DNA of 64,000 nt from Intoshia linei. Taxonomy: Eukaryota; Animalia; Orthonectida. The position numbers and the translations under genes were made by a program. This document shows, one piece after another, positions 1-12,689 of the stretch; position 1 is the stretch's first letter, and every line of letters begins with the position of its first letter. The notes beneath the pieces are model-generated. The model saw only the letters and a program-made list of their open reading frames with translations. It searched no databases and was not told the origin of the DNA. The stretch spans positions 1,093-65,092 of the forward strand of contig LWCA01000061.1 of assembly GCA_001642005.1 (NCBI GenBank), in the 5' to 3' direction.

Positions 1-2
1 AC

Positions 3-3000
3 CTGAATGCAACCATATGAATGAGTCACAATATTGATTTTATCTCCAGTTTCAGTAACATTAATAAAATGGTTCATACTTTTTACTATCGATTCATCTA
101 TATAAAAAAAATTATTGATAGGAATCAAGTTATAATAACCAGGAAGTATACAAATTTTTTTCAATCCCTTCATCAATAGTATTCATTCAATAAATTGTCA
201 ATCTAAATTGTCAAAACTCCAAATTACTCTTTTTTTGAATTAACTTAATTCTCAAAATTTTATAAAACATACATTCTGTGATAGTTTTTAAAAGCATAAA
301 TTCTATCATAGATCACAACTTCAAAAAGTTGCACCTTAACGATCAAAACCCAGATTATACTTTTTTTAAAAATAATTTCCTAGAATTTATAAAAAATCGC
401 CATTAATACTTATTTCCAGTTAACATACAAAATTTTTTCAATCTCACGCACTGATACCTTCACGGTCAAAAAATATTTTTAGTATTGCTATTTTTCATTT
501 CGTACCTATTTTATTAAATTATATAAAATATTAAATGAATAATAGTCCTAGAATTAAATAAAAACATAATTCTGATACATCCTATTTAACTTGATATACA
601 TATATAATAAATTATAATCGCAGAAGTCTACGCATTCCCGGTGAAAAATAACTTTTAATATATCATAGACAATATTTTTAAATGTTTGAATTAAACTTAA
701 AAATCCATCAATAATTTCAAAAAAAGTGGCAATTGCCTATACAATCCTAACTTATATAAAAGGCTACGCGATTTTTGTTTGTGTGTGTGTGACTTTAATG
801 AAATAACTACCTCTTAGAATTTTTTAAAGACCACATTTCAATTACAGTTTTTTCCGGGACGTATAATAAAATAAATTTCAACCTTCCAATTTCACATCTT
901 ATAAGTCAAAAACCCCTGTTGTCCTTCTTTTTGAAAATCAAACGAGTTGGAGAATTTAAAAAATATATACGCTGATAAAATCATAAACATTACCATAAAT
1001 TTAAATTTAAAAAATTATATCTTCAGAGCCAAAACCCAAATTACCTTTCTTTTTTAAATGAAAACAGCTCTAGAATTTCAAAAAATTTACAGGTTGTACA
1101 GTTGTATCCTGTTAACACACACATAAAATTTCAATCCGAATAAGTGACAACTCATTCACGGTCACGGTCAAAAAAACATTTTAGTATTCATATATTTTCT
1201 TTCGAAATTTTATTAAAACAAAAAATGTGAAATAATTAACGGTCCGAAAATTAAAAAAAAAGATTATTCTGATAGAGCTTATTCTAGTTGATATAAATAC
1301 CAAATTTTAACCCCAAAAATCTACGTATTCCCGGTGAAAAATAATTTTAAATATATTATGAACCAATGTTTTTCAAATATATCGATTAAAATTAGAAATT
1401 AAAAATGTAAATAATCATTCTATAATTTAAAAAATATGTGCATTGTACGTCTACTCATTTCCAATAGACATATGGGTGAAAATCTATATACAGTGAGGCC
1501 TCTCAATATCGCCAACTCTCAATACCGCCATAAATTTAACTTAAATTGGAACAAAAATATGGTAGCACTAGTTTACCATAAATTATTTTTACCTCCAAGT
1601 GTTACCAGTATTCTTCAACTACTCGATCAAGGAATAATTAACTCATTTAAGGTAAAATTTAATAAGAAAAAACTTTATGGGATCATCAACCAAATTGAAC
1701 AGGAGTTAATACATACATAGCATACAAGAGTTTCAATGTAAACGATGTCATTATTTATTGACAAATGGCATGGAGTGATGTAAAACAGGAAACGATAGTG
1801 AACTGTTTTAAAAAAGCGTTTAGTGTGGACGAAAATATTCCCATCGAAAATAAACCTAAGGTAATAGATTCTAATTTCACCAAACTGATTCCTTAAATGT
1901 GTATGTTATTGAAGGCATGGATATGCTTAGTAAACCATTAATGTTAGATGGAAAGAGGATATAAGGGATTATTTTAAAATATAAAATTATTTACAATTCT
2001 TAGTTGTATGTATTCTTAAGATAATAATTATATATTATTCATAGTATATTAATTTTATTTTATTATATTATTTTGGTTCGTTGAATTATCGTTTTTTCGT
2101 TATTTTACGTTACATATTTATGTTTATTGTTTAACCGTTCCTATATTATTTTTAAAATGCTTTACCCAAATGTTAAAAAACAAAAAATTAAGATGTAATA
2201 ATTTACTTTATAGTAAAAAGTAATGTGATATGGTGGTTCTACCTGAAACAAATTTGGGAACCACTCTTTTAAAAGATGGATAATAGTGAATAGTAGGATT
2301 TTTAAGTTAGATTTTCAACATGAATTTATTTTTTTGATATAATAAAAATTGCCTTCAGCAGAGCTAGGTGCTGTTTGTACGTAGTACATTACAGTCAAGC
2401 TAGTATATATATAAAACTGATATCAATTACTCGGATAAAATCTAAAGTCGTATGGTAATCCAAACATATTTACTTTATTTTTATACCCACTTCTAATCAA
2501 CATGTCAATAAATTTCTTGAATATTGGCTCTAAATAAAATATACGATATATATGCTTATTCCCTCAATCTCCATATCGGTGGTTCCCAAACTTTGTATTG
2601 TTGCGGCGCAATCCATATTAATGAAAGATTTGACGGCGTACCCAATATGTAAAAAAATTTCTTAAAACTTAAAAAATTGACGCGAAAAATTTGACTGGGT
2701 TTTGCTGGAATAGTCCCCAAAAAAAGTGAACTTATAGTGGAAATGTTAAAAAATGTTAAATGTTTAAATATTATCAAAATGACATCAAAACGTATGGTGA
2801 TTTGTTGTACGTTGAAATTATAAATTAAGGTCAATAACAAAAAACAAATATTAATTCAGGTATGAATCATATTTTTCAGACTCACTTATTTATTTGGTCA
2901 ACTTTTCTCTTTAATAAAGATTAAATGGGGTAAACGTTTAAAAACGTTGATAATTTTGAAAAAAATATTAATTTGATCTTAATATATCTTAGATTTCTAC

Positions 3001-5027
3001 AAATCATGTATTCATATATCAGTTTGCTACATTACCGTATTTTGTGTCTGAGTCAATATAGCAAATTTGATGCACACTATAATTTCCTAATTTAATATGT
3101 GATTGTGAATAATTATATTTATATCCATGATAAATACTATTTGAGTAATGCAATCTAAATAATCAACCTTTACTATACACTTTTCCGATTTATTTTTAAA
3201 AAGCTGACATTCAAATTAAAAAAACTGATATTCGAATTTTAATGCTAATTTTTTTTAATTTGAATCAAAAAAGTCAATTTAATTTATTTATTTACATTAA
3301 TTTACTTAATTTTGAAATAATATTAGACTTTCAAAATACAGAAATTAACTTACTGTAGAGATTTTATGAGATATCCAGACATTCCATAAACAACTGTACT
3401 GAAATTTGGTTTTATTGGCCACTGGACACATTCCCTTGAAGTATAATTTACACGGCAGGAATAATACATTTTTGATCCACCAAAACCAGGAACTAAATGA
3501 TTATACAAAAATGATATGTACAGATGGGCCTAGCTAATTTTATTCTTCAAAAGTCAATAAATTTTCAAATACCATATTCACAAGTTGTGAATCAATACCA
3601 GTGTCGGATCTAGGATTTTCAGATAAGGGGGAAAAATAATTATTAGGGGACAAACTCATATAATGTATTTAAATTAAAATTTTTGTATTATGTTAATGTA
3701 TTTCTATCCATAATAATTTATATTTTTTTTCTAATTTTTATTCTACAAAATTTTTCAAAAATTGCATCAAAATCGACAAGTTCTCTTTCGATTATCCATA
3801 ACGTTAAGTCCCATAATTTAACTTAAATTGCTGTTACTAGTATAACAAATAATACATATATTAATAACGACGTCCATTCTCTGGAGCGACATTCATTTGA
3901 GCGATGTATTTATTGGAGTGATACATCTTAGACTCTAAGATTTAAACTAAGTCTGTACCACCTGTAATTTTTTTAATTCTAGCGCTGTTTTCATAAAAAA
4001 AAGTGTAATTTGGGGTTTTGGTACTGAAGATATATTTTTTTTAAATTTAAATTTATGATAATATTTATGATTTTAAAATCCGTATCAGAGTGCATATTTT
4101 TTTAAATTTTCGAAATTGTTTGATTTTCAAAAAAAAGGACAATTAGTTTTTTGACCCGTAAGATGTGAGTTTGGGAAGTTAAAATTTATTTTGCTAACAC
4201 CCCGCAAAAAACTGTAATTTAAATGTGGACTTTTTAAATTCTAAGACTAAAACTAAACGATAACACACACAGACAAACAAATCATATTATGTAAATATAC
4301 ATTTTTTATATATTCCTCTTGATTTCGTTCAATATAGTTGAATTCTGTTAATAATTTAGTAATATGTAACGCAAAGGTTTACCGTTTCCAATCATATATA
4401 ATACTCCACATATCTATTTTATTTAGCACTTCTGTGATCTTCAAATATGTCAATTTTTGACACTTTTTCGAAATTTAGGCCTATTTTAAAAACAACCTGA
4501 ACGAGATACAGAAAAACTGATTATACCATCTTGTTGAAAATAAAAATCTCATTCAGGTGCACTAAATTTTACTCTTGCATTCAAAAAAAGTTGTTATTTT
4601 GTTGGACTGTGTAATCATTATATACATACAACGTAACAATGAAAATAAACATAATTCAATAAACCCAATTTGATGGGTCTTATAAATTTTTTAAATTTTA
4701 CACAATGTTAATACACAAATAAAAATATTTTAGTGACACATTTTCATGCCAGGGCAGCCGCACCCTACCGCTGCACCCACCTAGATCCGCTATTGATCAC
4801 AACCCTGCAATTCAACAACCATAAATAATATAATTACCTAATATGACAGTAGTATTGCTTTGGCTTACTTTTAGGTATTCTAGTACATGTATGTAATTAT
4901 ATAATTATTAATACCAATTACCTCGAATGTTCATTAAAACTAGGACGCATGAGAAAAACAGTAATGTTATAAGACTGCAGACATATAAAACAATGTTATT
5001 TTTTTGTTCTTTATTTTCTTGCATCAT
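3..5027 (-). CDS. LCAT / lysosomal phospholipase A2 (PLA2G15)-family acyltransferase/lipase, 5' part; runs off the left edge of the window
   Basis: Hand-spliced GT-AG exons 5027-4922, 4879-4838, 3492-3354, 3154-3036, 2529-2431 and 97-3 are all phase-compatible. They read MMQENKEQKNNIVLYVCSLITLLFFSCVLVLMNIRE...TTVILVPGFGGSKM...PIFKKFIDMLIRSGYKNKVNMFGLPYDFRFYPNE...KINIVTHSYGCIQ. VPGxGGS, LPYDFR and the xHSxG nucleophile elbow are LCAT-family hallmarks. Confidence 0.9.
745..2403 (+). mobile_element. Non-autonomous Helitron (subfamily A) interrupted by a pogo/Tigger fragment; inside a lipase intron
   Basis: Starts A|TCCTAACTTATATAAA followed by a GT microsatellite. Ends in the hairpin CTGTTTGTAC-GTA-GTACATTACAG then CAAGCTAG|T. 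A partial internal copy also lies at ~130-740. Confidence 0.75.
1491..1950 (+). pseudogene. pogo/Tigger (DDE_1) transposase fragment with left TIR
   Basis: TA|CAGTGAGGCCTCTCAATATCGCC terminus. Translation FLPPSVTSILQLLDQGIINSFKVKF...AWSDVKQETIVNCFKKAF matches the Tigger motifs FLPPNTTS-QPLDQGII and AW-V--ETIVNCF, with frameshift and stops. Confidence 0.85.
3599..4795 (+). mobile_element. hAT-type MITE (CAGTGGCGGATCTAGG family) containing a Helitron fragment (~3950-4300)
   Basis: TIRs CAGTGTCGGATCTAGG / CCTAGATCCGCTATTG; degenerate 8-bp flanks ATCAATAC/ATCACAAC. Same family as 19834-20266 and the lone end at 8640. Confidence 0.7.
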
Positions 5028-5385
5028 GTTTTGTATATTTAAAGAAAATGAAACATTTTATGTTATGTAAATATCGTTAAATATTCTAATAAAATTTTTT
5101 TATATAATCCGGTAAAATCAATATGAGCGAACATTCAATTGAACGATGAATCCTAGACTTTGAGACCTAGAATCTAACATAGTGTTTCTCAAGAGGTGCG
5201 CCCCGAGGCAATAGTGTGCCTCAGAAAATTTAAGTATACCTAACGAAAAATTGAAAGCGATCTATAAACCATTTCGTAAAGGGTCAATTACATGAGATTT
5301 TTTTGTTTGTTGTACCAAAACAACACTTTTTCAAATTTGCAGCTTTTTCATAAAAAATCTTATACATTGTACTACATACATTGTA

Positions 5386-5868
5386 CAGGGTGGGCCGTAA
5401 GTCGCTGTTTCCATCTATGTGATTGCACCTACGAATTATCTGCTGGCGAAGATGGTCGACATCTTCAATTCTTGTAGAGTACACTATTTGTTGGAGGTGG
5501 CCCCAAAAATAAAAATCTATTTAGGTCAAGTCAGGGGACCTTGGTGCCCATTCTACGGTGCCTCTTCGTACAATCGTTGCGTAATTAAGCGGGGCGTTAT
5601 CTTGCATAAACCAAAGGGGTTTTCTTTCACCGATGCGATCCATCTGTGGTATGAGATCATTTTGTAGCATTTTTAAGTACACCTCGCCGGTCACTGTCTT
5701 GTTGAAAAAGAATGGGCCCAAAACATGACTCCTCCAAAGTCCTCCAAAGTTATAGTAACAGATACATACAAAAAATGTTTCATTAATCTATAAAAGAACA
5801 TGTATTTTATACCCAAGGAGAGGAAAACTTCACCTAATTCTTTGGTGCGCGACTTATGACCTACTCTG
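5386..5868 (-). mobile_element. Internally deleted IS630-Tc1-mariner element with transposase C-terminal remnant
   Basis: TA-flanked TIRs CAGGGTGGGCCGTAAGTCGC / GCGACTTATGACCTACTCTG. Translation GPFFFNKTVTGEVYLKML...WFMQDNAP...WAPRSPDLT*IDFYFWGHLQQIVY has an in-frame stop. Confidence 0.85.
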
Positions 5869-6723
5869 TATAATAAAAATTTTCAGTAAACGTCCAACAA
5901 ATATGAAATTTTTATTGTTTTGTTATTTACGTGGTGGTCCATTAATTTTTAATTGCTTCCTAGCAAACCCCAATATCAACCTACCATATCAAATAATACA
6001 ATTGTTACAATTGAATTTGATTGCCTCAGCCAATAATAAAATTAGGTTAACCTGATAAATGATTTATGAACTTGCACTTTAAATTATGATAATCTTTTGT
6101 AATATTTATTGTAATATAATAATGAATGAAATTGGTTCATTAAATGAAAACATTAGTAATTGGTCAATTTGAAAGTTGTTGAAAAGTACCTGCTACTATT
6201 GATTATAATTGTTAAAATAATTTCAAGTAGTTAATAATTTATTGGCAATTTAAAGAAAAATTAATTACCACTTAACTAGCCATGAAAACGTTTTTAATGA
6301 AGCATCACTGATTGATTTATCATATTTGAAATATTAAGGTAATTTTTAAAAAAATATAAAAAACTTGTCATGATATCTAAAACAACGGCTCTCATTCCAA
6401 AAATAAGATTAAAAAATTAAACTATATTTTATTTAATCAATATATCGACATGTAATGTAACGTTAAAATGATTATTCAAATTTTAATTATGAATGAAAAT
6501 TTAAAATTTAACGAAATATTCGATTTATATTTCAATGCTTTCTATTTTGGGTACATGTTATTAGATTAACTATTTAGTAAATGTCAGTATTTGACATAGT
6601 TAACATTTATATAATGATTAATGAAGGAGAGTCGTTAAATTATCATTAATAAATGTGTACACAATTTAAACCCAAGTGTACAAAGTGTTTTTTCAAAAAT
6701 ATATAACTCTAGTGTAGATTTAA

Positions 6724-9700
6724 ATGGACCAAGATAATTCAGAATTAATTTCTAATAATGGTTCATTTTCTAAGGAATTATCTACCCATGACAGCACTTG
6801 TCTCGATATAAATGAAAATGACGAAAAATTCCATTTGCTTTCCAATTCAAATATTAAACAGCCTTCATTTAAAAATAGACTGATACGTGCTTACAAAAAA
6901 TTAATCATTATCAGCTCTGAACTGACATTTTTCTTATTCAAAGTTGCATCTTCCATGTATGATCCAACCGTTCGCCTATCTGCTTATGACAAGGTTTGCG
7001 TGTATGATTTTAATATTGATAGGGATATTTGCAATTCTCATGTCACCAATCATTTTTCAAATTCCTTCAAAAAGGTTCTCAATCGCGATGTTCAAAAATT
7101 GGCAGCATGGCATAATTTTATTTATCGCATGCTGGTTAATTTACCAGCCATTGTTATATCCTTGTTTACTGGACCATGGAGCGATAAGGTAAATTTAAAT
7201 TCATTGTAAAGTTAAAATTTAGCTGAATGCATGTATGGTTCCTGGTATAGTGCAGTGATTCCTAACCTATGGGTATTTACCCACGAGTGGGTAATTTGAT
7301 ATTTTTCAAAGGAAATAAACAAAATTAGTTTTTAAAAAATGGGAATTTTTTTATTTTTTTTCCGTCGCATGCAATGACGTATTATATAGTAGTCATATAA
7401 TAAATGAATATCGCTACGTACATATAACATTGAATATCTTTGTGTGTTACAGTTCATTTATAAAATTACCAGTCGTAAAATTTAATAAAAGTCAATATCT
7501 AATGCAGATTTTCGCAGGTATCATGAATGGCAACCTCAAAAAAGTGCATTTTCATAATAAAAACTCCAGATTATCCTTTTATTAAAAAATAAAAATAGTT
7601 ATAGAATTTTTTAAAAAAATTACAGTTGATACAGTTATATCTAGTTAACACACGCAAAAAACTTGAATCTGAAAAAGTGACGCCTTCACGACCAAAAAAG
7701 CACTTTATTATTAATTTTTTTATCTGGAAACTATTTTATTATCAAAAAAGTCATATTTTGATTATACGTGACAAAAAATAATAAATGGTTTTTATCTTAT
7801 CTTAAGCCGATATGTTCCAGAAAGTTAAAAATACAGATTCAAAGTAACATAATAATGGCATATTTTGAGCTCTGAGCAATTCTGCTAATAAGCTGATTCA
7901 ATTGATCCTGAAAAATGTCTTTAATTCGACTACATACTGTATCATTTAAGAGAGGTATTTTCCTTAAATTTTCACCGGATTTCATATCATACAATGCATT
8001 TTTTTTCATAATTATTAAAGTTGAAGGTAAAATCAATTTTCACCAATAGTAAAAAGCATGTTTTCTTTTGCAATAAGATATTTCATCAAATATTTTTCAT
8101 CAAGTAAAACGTGTTTTTTTAAATAATAAAATTTTGATTAACTATTACACGGTGTAACAAAATGAAACTTTTTTTGAAGATTTTAAAAAATATGAAATAA
8201 TTAACGGTCCGAAAATTAAAAAAAGAAGATTATTCTGATAGAGCTTATTCGAGTTGTTATAAATACAAAATTTCAACCCCAGAAATTGACGTATTTCCGG
8301 TGAAAAATAATTTTTAATTTATTATCAACCAATATTTTTTAAATATTTCGATTAAAATAAAAATTGAAAATGTAAATTTGATCCTACAATTTTAAAAATA
8401 AAGTGTATTGAACGTTACAAATTTCCAATAAAGAAATATACACCGCAGATGTTATTTTTATTGCATTTCTCATGCATGGTGTAATCATTCAGCGAGCTAG
8501 GGGAGCAGTGCCTGCAACGAAATGATATAGTTAATATCGAATTATCTGATTATGCCTCTTTAAAATACATTATTAACATGACAAAAGAGTCATTTATTAT
8601 TAATGTAACGAATTTAATATAAATGAGGATTAATAAGACCAGTAGCAGATCTAGGTGGGTGCAGGGGTGGCCGCCCCCTGGCGTTACAAATGTGGAAAAT
8701 AAGTATTTTAATTTGTGTAATAACATTGTGAAAAATTAACAAATTTTTCTAGTACCCATTATTTAGACTGACCATATTTTTGTCGTACTAAAAGTAGTAC
8801 TTTTATTGCTTATAAACAAAATATGTTTTTGATTAATTTTTGATTAGAAAAATTAACATTTAAGTTAAAGTTCAATTAATAAGTTTATTTAGTTGTGAAA
8901 AGTACGTCGAAAGTACGATTTTGGAACAATGAAAAATGTCGTACTTCTGGTCGCACTACATTATTTACGTTTTATGTATATAAGGATAATTTATCATTAA
9001 TCTAATTATCAATTTAAATATATTATAATATGTATGCTTTTGGCACACTAATAATTATAATTTTTTTTAGGGGACTTTAAAAAAATATATTACTAAAAAG
9101 GGGCGGTAGACAAAATTGAGTTTGTGAACCCCTGCTTTAAATCATTAAGACATTTTACATGCAATCTCCTAGTTTGAATATTAATATATAATGTTTTTAA
9201 ATTTAGATTGGACGACAAATACCTCTAATGGGCAGTATAACTGGACATATATTAGCAATGCTCGTGTTCATAATTTCACTATTTGCCAAATCATATTATA
9301 TGGTATTTTTTTCTTTGGCAAGTTTTATAATTGGAATATCAGGACGATCTTCAATAACGACATTTTCAGTATATAGTCACGTTTCCGATAATACATCCGT
9401 CAACACTCGAACATTTCGAATTGGAATGCTGTCTGGGTGTGGTTACATGGGACTATGCATTGGATCTCTTTTAGTAGCATTATTATCTCCTTACATTGCC
9501 GTCTATTATATACTTGCCATTGTTATATTTTTTTTAATACTATGTTTGCTAACGGTATCGTTTTTTCTGGTACCATATGTCGGAGAAAATGATACACGGA
9601 TAGAAATGAAACAATATGACGCTCTAAATGAAAATAAAGATGATTTCGAAAAGAAGTTAAATGTTTTAACAAAAGGAGAAAGTAGTAACGAACAGTTTTA

Positions 9701-10430
9701 TTATGCCTGGTGGAATTTTAAAAAGAGAGTAAAAGAAAAACCAGATCAAGATACAAAAATTTCTGAAAATTGTAAAAGAACCGCAACCAGTGTAATGACA
9801 CTTTTCAAAAAACGTGAAAACTATCAACGGCTTTATCTCAACTTTTTGATCATTTTTGTTTTTTTACATCAAGCCTCAAAAGCATATCATATTGATGCAT
9901 TGTTAATGATTACTAAAAGCGAACCTTTTTTCTTTACTACGGCCCAATTTGGATACCTATTATGTATCACTTATATAATATTTGGGTTGGGTGCTCTTGT
10001 TTTGACACCATTATTTACAAAAGTATTAATGTTAAATGATGTGGTATTGCTTAGTTTTGGTTGTATGGCTAATTTTGTACGATTTTTGTGTTTGACTCTT
10101 TCAAAAGAAGTTTGGATGATTTACGCCAGTGAGTGTATCATTGGTGGGTCCCTAGTAATTGCAGCCTTAAAATCAATTTTGTCTAAACAAATTTCCGCGT
10201 CTGAATATGGATCAATATTTAGTATTGTAAGTGCAATGGAAACTGTGGGAAACCTGATGGGTTCAGTTATTTTTGCAACCATATACACTCTGATGCTCAA
10301 AAACGACATTTTGATTACACTGTGTTTTACATTCGAAATTTGTAGCTACTTTTTTATTCTCACCACCTCACTTACATTGCATTTTTTAATCAAATACAAA
10401 ACAAAAATTAATAAACAATGTAATATTTAA
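6724..10430 (+). CDS. MFS transporter, SLC46 (PCFT/SLC46A3)-like, ~562 aa, two exons (6724-7188, 9207-10430)
   Basis: Phase-0 intron 7189-9206 (GTAAAT...TTTAG) joins GPWSDK to IGRQIPL, forming MFS motif A (WSDxxGR). Multiple hydrophobic helices, a Cys-containing loop after TM1, C-terminal LKSILSKQIS-SEYGSIFSIVSAMET, and an N-terminal EKFHLL acidic-dileucine motif. Confidence 0.88.
7839..8080 (-). pseudogene. hAT Charlie/Buster (ZBED5/8-like) transposase fragment in the SLC46 intron
   Basis: IAKENMLFTIGEKLILP...LRKIPLLNDTVCSRIKDIFQDQLNQLISRI resembles the Buster KKPHTIGEELILP...IPLSNNTVSRRI block. hAT-like termini lie at 7253 (CAGTGATTCCTAACC) and ~9135, without a matching TSD. Confidence 0.8.
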
Positions 10431-10813
10431 TTAAAATACATGATAGCGTGTCGAATTTCCAACAACATTTGGCCACCTCTAATATTGTAAGGATTGATGT
10501 AAGTTGTTTCGATGCGGTTCCCCACAAATTCAATATATTCCTTTTTTACGTCGTTGAAATTGATATTTATACAGAATTTCATTTCTTTGTATATTGTCAC
10601 AGGTATTTTACAGGTTGTGTCGTTTGTGTAAATTATGTAGTTTTGGTTAATTCCTCTCGATTTTTTTGTAACTAATTTTCGCATTTCAAATATTTCGGCT
10701 TCTGTATCTGCCCAAATGTGTTTGTTTTCCACTAGACTTACATTTAAAATAACTTGCTGTGTTCCTTCTTCGTGTTCAAAACATAAATTCTTGACATTGT
10801 TCTTGTCCGTCAA
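10427..10813 (-). CDS. Unidentified coding exon, probably the last exon of a gene extending to ~11413
   Basis: A 128-codon open frame is long for this AT content. It is immediately preceded by AAATTAG (possible acceptor), and upstream exon-like segments lie at 11223-11103 and 11413-11354. I could not complete the splice path or recognise a domain. Confidence 0.45.
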   Translation of the reverse strand: MTDKNNVKNLCFEHEEGTQQVILNVSLVENKHIWADTEAEIFEMRKLVTKKSRGINQNYIIYTNDTTCKIPVTIYKEMKFCININFNDVKKEYIEFVGNRIETTYINPYNIRGGQMLLEIRHAIMYFN

Positions 10814-11530
10814 CTAATTTTACTATGAAATAAAAAAGTACAATATAAAGATACATTTTAAAATGAATATTGAGTAAAACCAATATGTCGACAAACTTTT
10901 ATAAATTTAAAACTTTATAACACTGAAATATTTGGTGTTCATTTCTATTCATAATATTGATACATAATGTATCTGTAGTTCAATACATTATAATTGTCAC
11001 ATATTGATGTTTCATTAATTGAAGGAATTGACATTTATCAAAGAATGTATTTTGCTTATTTACTTTATTAAATTTTTATATTTAACATTTCCTTAATTTT
11101 ACCAAACTCTTTTTTGAAAAATTTATGCCGTTGAGGCAGAGTCGAAGCTATTATGTTTAAACTCCGAAAAGCATAATTCGTCTTCGAAAATTCTTTGCAA
11201 ACTATTAGTGATGCAATATAACCCTAGAAACCACTCCACCGATCGGTACTTGATAATTTCAAATTAACACATTAAATCTTTATGATTTTCAAAAATAAAA
11301 TTATTTCTAAAAATGAGGCCTTTACAAAATGTTTACAAAATTTTCATCGATACCTCGTGGAGGGTCTCGATACTGTAAATTCGTCTTTTTGTTGCGGACA
11401 ATTGGAGAACTATCTAGCTGGTTAAATAAAATACTATATGAATTCATCGTGAAAGATAAATCAGCTTTTTAGAAGAGACCAAAAATTAAAAAATATACTT
11501 TTTTCTGGTGCCCATATTTAAAATATAATA

Positions 11531-12225
11531 CAGTGAAATCCGGTTATAAGAGACGTCCGGATATAAGGGACAAAAAGCTAGGAACGGAATCAAACGCTTG
11601 TTTTGTATATAAATCACAGACGGATATAAGGGACAAAAATCCGCTTATAGTGTTCAGGCAATTTGTTTTTTAAAATGAATATTCAAAATTTTTTTAAAAT
11701 AAATTATTACATTTTTGAAACCTTAACATTTTGACTAATTGTTTTAATAATAAAGTTTAACCTCTAAAATGGCGTTAAACAGAAAATCACTAATATTAGA
11801 AGAAAAATTTGATTTTTTTAGTTTTATTGCTGTAATAAAAAATAATTAAGTATGTTATATAGAATGTGTAAAACTGTGATCAAAAAAATCTTAAAAACCC
11901 CCCTTGAAAGTTTGGTTCAAAAAAAATTTCCTAAAAGCCCCTTTTGTGAAAGTTTGATTCAAAAAAATTTCTTAAAAACCCCCCTTAAAATTTTGGTTCA
12001 AAAAAAATTACTAAAACCTAAAATTAAACTAAAGTATAAATGAAAGTTTTACATATTCTACGATTAACCCATAAAATGTGTACATTGCACAGTTTTACAC
12101 GTTCTATACGACATATATATTACTTAACATTTTATTTATTTATGATTTTTCGGATATAATAGACGTCCGGTTATAAGGGACAAATTGCTTGGTCCCGATG
12201 CGTCTCTTATAAGCGGATTCCACTG
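11531..12225. mobile_element. pogo/Tigger-type MITE with internal minisatellite
   Basis: TA|CAGTGAAATCCGGTTATAAGAGACG ... CGTCTCTTATAAGCGGATTCCACTG|TA, with repeated subterminal CGG(A/T)TATAAG(G/A)GAC motifs. A ~38-40-bp tandem unit (AAAGTTTGGTTCAAAAAAAATTTCCTAAAA.CCCC) lies at ~11870-12020. Confidence 0.9.
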
Positions 12226-12689
12226 TATATACGAAAATGTGCATCAAATTGCATTTTTGTGGGCACACTAGCTCACTGACATTACAATACCTTTTAAAAT
12301 TGTATTTTCAGTTCAATTTCCTATGGAAAAGTAATGATAAGATACATTATATTACATTAATTAATTACTACATAATAAATGTAGATTAAGTGTAATTGTA
12401 TTTGTTTCTGTACAAAAATTTTTTCATATTTCCAGGTTAAGTAAAATTAAGTTATGAAAACAAGGATTTGAAGATTGTTTCCAAAAGATTTCTGTTGATT
12501 ATTAAAATAAAGCTTTGGTGTAAATTTTAATATATTGGTAGTTTATGGGTTTACTCTATTTGACGCATATGCAGATTTAGAATTTTTTTTTATAAAAATT
12601 CAAATTTCATTGCGGTTTGAGGACTCCTGGTTGTTTCATACAAGTTTTCCATCGAATTAAAAAATAGTAGTTCCTAGAAGGGTACTTCA

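Noticed and set aside
11852-12043. Lys-rich repetitive ORF / CRISPR-like repeat
   Set aside because: It is the translation of a minisatellite inside a Tigger MITE; there are no unique spacers, no cas genes, and the context is eukaryotic.
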